A DNA stretch of 64,000 nt from Pyrinomonadaceae bacterium (GTDB lineage Bacteria > Acidobacteriota > Blastocatellia > Pyrinomonadales > Pyrinomonadaceae), in contig DATNBH010000070.1 of the NCBI GenBank assembly GCA_035572035.1, positions 37,813-101,812 on the forward strand. The letters are read 5' to 3'. Below, piece by piece: positions 60,483 through 64,000 of this stretch (positions are counted from its first letter, which is position 1; every line of letters starts with the position of its first letter). The translations under genes and the position numbers were made by a program. The notes beneath the pieces are model-generated. The model made no database searches, was not told the DNA's origin, and worked only from the letters and a program-made list of their open reading frames with translations.

Positions 60483-60758
60483 ATGAGATATTCCTGGGAT
60501 GAAACTAAACAGAGAAAGAACGTTAAGAAGCACAAAATTGCGTTTGCTGAGGCGGCGACAGTCTTTGACGACCCGCTGTTCGTTATGGTGGCGGATGACG
60601 ATCACTCGTTTAGTGAAAAAAGATTTATTATTCTCGGAAAGTCAGATCGTGGCAGATTGCTGGTTGTTGGATGTGCAGATAAAGGTACAGAGACAAGAAT
60701 AATTAGTGCGCGAAAGGCTACGTCGAAGGAACGTAAGAACTATGAGGAAGAAATCTAA
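60483..60758 (+). CDS. brnT: BrnT-family (DUF497) type II toxin
   Basis: Y.WDE.K...KH...F.EA..VF.DP......D..HS..E.R....G.....LLVV........IRIISARKAT..ER..Y. Confidence 0.85.
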   Translation: MRYSWDETKQRKNVKKHKIAFAEAATVFDDPLFVMVADDDHSFSEKRFIILGKSDRGRLLVVGCADKGTETRIISARKATSKERKNYEEEI

Positions 60759-60981
60759 AGAACCAGACGACGATCTTCGTCCAGAATATGACTTCAGCAA
60801 AATGCGGGTGCTGGCGCGAGGACCAAAGCGCAAGGCGCCACCAGTCAAGGTAATCCATCTTGAGCCCGATGTAGCGAAGGCGTTCCCTGACGACGAATCG
60901 GTCAATGAAACACTTCGGCTGTTGATGCGGGTGGCGAGAAACCAAAACAGTCACAGCCAATCCAAGCGGCGCGCTGGTTAA
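60742..60981 (+). CDS. brnA: BrnA-family antitoxin
   Basis: Overlaps the brnT 3' end; EYDFSKMRVLARG; internal start MRKKSKEP. Confidence 0.65.
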   Translation: MRKKSKEPDDDLRPEYDFSKMRVLARGPKRKAPPVKVIHLEPDVAKAFPDDESVNETLRLLMRVARNQNSHSQSKRRAG

Positions 60982-61147
60982 ACTTCGGCATGAAGAAGAA
61001 TAGAGATGAGAGATCCGATGAAGCCACCATGAAGCCTGGCCGATACAAATCTAAACGAGGCGGTTTTCTCACTTGGAATCCTGAGATGAAGCTCCCGGAA
61101 AAGAAGAGTGCTTGACCAGAGATTCAAACGTCGGGGCCTACTAACCT

Positions 61148-62125
61148 ATGATGCGATTGCCCAAATTTGAGTACCGCGTGCCGCGAACTATCGCGGAGGC
61201 GGTGAAGATTATCGGAGATGTTGGGCCGGAGGCTCAGTTTGTCGCGGGAGGAACCGATCTCTATCCGAACATGAAGCGTCGTCAACAGACGCCGCGCACA
61301 GTTATCTCGGTGATGCGGCTTCAAGAGCTAAATCAAATCACGGGTGATGGCCCATCGGGAGTCCGCATTGGTGCGTCGATGACGCTTACTGATGTGCTAG
61401 AGAATCAGATCATCAAACGTGACTATCCGGTTATCGCGAGCGCGGCCCGAACAATTTCAACTCCAATACTTCGAAACATGGGAACGATCGGCGGCAATCT
61501 TCTTCTCGACACAAGGTGCAACTATTACGACCAGAACTACGAATGGCGCAAAGGCATCAACTTCTGTTTGAAGAAAGACGGCGATGTCTGTTGGGTAGCT
61601 CCGGGAAGCTCGAAGTGCTGGGCTGTACAATCGTCGGACCTGGTTCCGGTGATGGTGGCCATCGGCGCTAAGCTTCGATTTGCTTCCACACTCGGCGAGC
61701 GAGTCGTAGACGCAGCTGGGTTGTATAACGATGACGGCATCGATTATTTGAAAAAGCGACCGGATGAACTCCTGGTCGACATTCAATTGCCACCCACCAA
61801 TGGTTGGCGAGCCTCCTATCAAAAATTGCGCCGTCGAGGCGCGTTCGATTTTCCAGTGCTTGGAGTCGCTGCCTGTGTGCACTTCAAGAGTGACACGATA
61901 GCAAGCGCCAGGATCGTGCTGGGAGGAATCGCGCCTTCCCCAATTGAGATTACCGAAGCCGAACAGTCACTAATTGGAAAACCTTTGGGCGACGATCAAA
62001 TTCAAGCCGCCGCTGAAGCCGCCTACATCAAGGCTCGCCCGCTCGACAACACCGACTTCGTCATGAATTGGCGCAAGCAGATGGCGAGGCAGTACACAAT
62101 CAAGGCTCTGCGAGAGTTAATCTAG
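61148..62125 (+). CDS. FAD-binding medium subunit of molybdoenzyme (CoxM-like)
   Basis: FVAGGTDLYPNMK FAD-binding motif. Confidence 0.85.
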   Translation: MMRLPKFEYRVPRTIAEAVKIIGDVGPEAQFVAGGTDLYPNMKRRQQTPRTVISVMRLQELNQITGDGPSGVRIGASMTLTDVLENQIIKRDYPVIASAARTISTPILRNMGTIGGNLLLDTRCNYYDQNYEWRKGINFCLKKDGDVCWVAPGSSKCWAVQSSDLVPVMVAIGAKLRFASTLGERVVDAAGLYNDDGIDYLKKRPDELLVDIQLPPTNGWRASYQKLRRRGAFDFPVLGVAACVHFKSDTIASARIVLGGIAPSPIEITEAEQSLIGKPLGDDQIQAAAEAAYIKARPLDNTDFVMNWRKQMARQYTIKALRELI

Positions 62126-62151
62126 CCGTAACTTGACGCTTCTGAGTTCTT

Positions 62152-62250
62152 TGTTCTTGGTTCTTTGTTCTTTGATTCCTTATCCTCATTGAACCTCGTT
62201 CGTTTGACATGACTCAAAACAAAGAACAAAGCACAAAGAACCAGGAACAT
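62152..62250. repeat. Family C palindrome overlapping the 5' end of the next gene
   Basis: GTTCTTTGTTCTTGGTTCTTTG ... CAAAGAACAAAGCACAAAGAACC. Confidence 0.6.
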
Positions 62251-62844
62251 ATTTCCGGCATCATCCTCGCTGCTGGTCAATCAAAACGCATGGGCGCCTT
62301 CAAGCCGCTACTTCCTTTCGGATCAAAAACAGTCATTGAAAGCTGTGTCAATTACCTGGCCGATGGAGGAGTGGAAACGATTGTCGTAGTCATCGGCCAA
62401 AACGGCGAATCCATCAAGCAGAAACTTCAAGGGACGGCGGTTCATTTTGCGCTTAACCCAGATCCTGAAAGCGCGATGAGCAACTCCATCAAGTACGGCG
62501 TTAGTGAACTGCCCTCCGAGGCGCAGGCTACTTTCATAACGCCCGCGGATCATCCCGCAGTGCCGGCAGCAGTCGTCGCAGAGCTCGCCAAAGAATGGCG
62601 GAAAGGCGGAAAAATCTTAGTGCCTGAATTTCATGGTCGCGGCGGTCACCCCGTGCTGATCGACTTATGTTTGCGTAACGAACTCGTCAATCTCGACGCG
62701 GCACGAGGCCTTCGAGCGCTTTTCGAGACCTACAGTCAGGAAGTCAGGCGCATTCCGGTTGGCTGTCCATTTGTTGCGCGCGACATGGACACGTGGGATG
62801 ATTACCGCCTACTGCATGAGGACGTTTTTGGAGTGGCGCCATGA
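62209..62844 (+). CDS. MobA/MocA-like molybdenum-cofactor nucleotidyltransferase
   Basis: GIILAAGQSKRMG...KPLL NTP-transferase motif. The first 14 codons (MTQNKEQSTKNQEH) are encoded by the family C repeat. Confidence 0.7.
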   Translation: MTQNKEQSTKNQEHISGIILAAGQSKRMGAFKPLLPFGSKTVIESCVNYLADGGVETIVVVIGQNGESIKQKLQGTAVHFALNPDPESAMSNSIKYGVSELPSEAQATFITPADHPAVPAAVVAELAKEWRKGGKILVPEFHGRGGHPVLIDLCLRNELVNLDAARGLRALFETYSQEVRRIPVGCPFVARDMDTWDDYRLLHEDVFGVAP

Positions 62845-62850
62845 TTTGGG

Positions 62851-62937
62851 TACTGCAGGCTGCTAGCCTGCAGTTACGAGCTGAAAACCCAACTGTCGCT
62901 GTCGTAACTCAACAACAGGCCGGCAGCCTGTTGTACA
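62851..62937. repeat. Family B REP-like palindromes (CTGCAGGCTGCTAGCCTGCAG and ACAGGCCGGCAGCCTGT)
   Basis: Same pairing as at 39194/39722. Confidence 0.6.
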
Positions 62938-63078
62938 GCCAACGGCGTGAGTATGGGCCATAAAAAATTCTCAACGCCTGGACCAAAACCGTCATCTAAG
63001 CTAGCGTCTGTCGTCGTTTGCCGACTCTCGAATAACCTGGCAACCTTCGGAAGCGGTCGGAAACGACAAAGGAGCACG

Positions 63079-63615
63079 ATGTTAAGACTAAATCAGAGAT
63101 TAATGGCGGTTGTTGTGCTAACTGTGCTGCTCAGCCTGTCGTCAATCGGATTTGGACAAAAGGGTGTTTCGGGACCCGCAGAGTTTTCGCTGCGATCGAT
63201 TGACGGTCAAACAATCACGTCTACCAGCTTAAAAGGCGAAGTGGTAGTGATGGCCTTCGGCGCGTCCTGGCTGCCGCTTTCTCGCGCTCAGCTACAGGGC
63301 GTGCGCAAACTCGCTGACGAGTACGCCAACCGCGGCGTGGTCGTTTATTGGGTGAGCACTGAATCAGAGAATCCGAAGTCGAAGAACTACGCTTCGGACG
63401 AGCAGCTCAAAAACTTTGCGAGCAAGTACGGCTTGAAAGTGACGGTTCTACGCGACCCGGATGGTGCGGTTTCGAAGAAACTCGGCGCTGACGAATTGCC
63501 CTCGGTCTTGATTCTCGACAAGGAAGGGATACCTGTCGGTGAAGTAATCAAGGGTCTCGATCCCGAAGGCAATCTAGCCGGTCAGCTTGCAAAACAGCTG
63601 GACAAGATTCTTTAA
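63079..63615 (+). CDS. Secreted TlpA/redoxin-like thioredoxin-fold protein lacking the CxxC cysteines
   Basis: Signal peptide; AFGASWLPLSRAQ in place of WCxPC. Confidence 0.65.
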   Translation: MLRLNQRLMAVVVLTVLLSLSSIGFGQKGVSGPAEFSLRSIDGQTITSTSLKGEVVVMAFGASWLPLSRAQLQGVRKLADEYANRGVVVYWVSTESENPKSKNYASDEQLKNFASKYGLKVTVLRDPDGAVSKKLGADELPSVLILDKEGIPVGEVIKGLDPEGNLAGQLAKQLDKIL

Positions 63616-63640
63616 GTCAGTTACTCGAGAGTAGAAAAAG

Positions 63641-63675
63641 AAGGGCCGCCGGTTTGGCGGCCCTCTGTCTTGTTA
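63641..63675 (+). terminator. Rho-independent terminator
   Basis: aagggccgcc-ggtt-tggcggccct stem followed by a T-rich tract. Confidence 0.6.
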
Positions 63676-63711
63676 GCACCACCTGCAATAGCGAGCAACG
63701 CTCAAAAATAA

Positions 63712-63791
63712 CTAGCCACAGACGAACCCGGATGACACGGATCTAAAAGCTAATCGTCTCAGATCCGTGTCATCCGAGTTGATCTGTGGCT
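63712..63791. repeat. 80-bp palindromic element, family I
   Basis: TAGCCACAGACGAACCCGGATGACACGGATCT ... AGATCCGTGTCATCCGAGTTGATCTGTGGCTA. Confidence 0.6.
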
Positions 63792-63849
63792 AATTCTGTA
63801 CTCAGCTAAGCGCCGCTTCCATTTTCTCCGAACGGTCGAAGATTGCGTT

Positions 63850-64000
63850 TCACATTCGCTTTGAGAGGTTATAGACGAGCCTCAAAGGCAGGCCCACGAT
63901 GTTCAAATAATCACCCGCAATCTCCTCGATGAATAGTGCCGCCGCACCTTGAATTCCATAAGCACCGGCTTTGCCTTTCGTCTCACCAGTCGCGACGTAC
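63850..64000 (-). CDS. Maf-like nucleotide pyrophosphatase (3' partial; runs out of window)
   Basis: C-terminus ...[27 protein letters not shown]. Confidence 0.55.
   Translation of the reverse strand, partial: YVATGETKGKAGAYGIQGAAALFIEEIAGDYLNIVGLPLRLVYNLSKRM

Noticed and set aside
1-64000. tRNA, rRNA or tmRNA genes
   Set aside because: No cloverleaf-compatible 70-90-nt GC-clamped segments or rRNA-like conserved blocks were recognised in any intergenic region. Integration-site logic near aspS was considered, but no tRNA is present.

Overview
This is a GC-rich (about 58%) Gram-negative chromosomal window. A PEP-CTERM protein and a very high density of palindromic REP/MITE-like intergenic repeats suggest Acidobacteria, though the origin is not certain. 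Across the window there are about 55 protein-coding genes and no rRNA, tRNA or CRISPR. Notable gene content, in order:
- A two-component pair on the minus strand (NtrC-type sigma-54 activator plus a hybrid REC-GAF-PAS histidine kinase), followed by a TPR/Fis-HTH/REC regulator of unusual architecture.
- A 6.3-kb Sec-signal RHS/YD-repeat polymorphic toxin gene carrying two tandem discoidin domains, an RHS core ending in DPDGL and an unrecognised C-terminal domain. Directly downstream is a secreted candidate immunity gene.
- c-di-GMP signalling genes: an HD-GYP/GAF/GGDEF protein and a PilZ protein.
- MFS and OPT transporters, several secreted peptidase and hypothetical proteins, and a flotillin operon.
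- A low-GC islet carrying a Panacea-domain (DUF4065) antitoxin-like gene overlapping a small unknown partner.
- Housekeeping genes: ubiB-like kinase, ribF, mazG, an M48 peptidase, hisS, folK and panBC. aspS is also present and carries a low-GC in-frame C-terminal extension with a PD-(D/E)xK-like motif.
- A CoxSLM-type molybdoenzyme cluster interrupted by two type II toxin-antitoxin modules (ParE-like and BrnT/BrnA).
The most novel candidates are the RHS C-terminal toxin plus secreted immunity pair, the Panacea-linked small toxin, the aspS fusion and the unusual repeat landscape.
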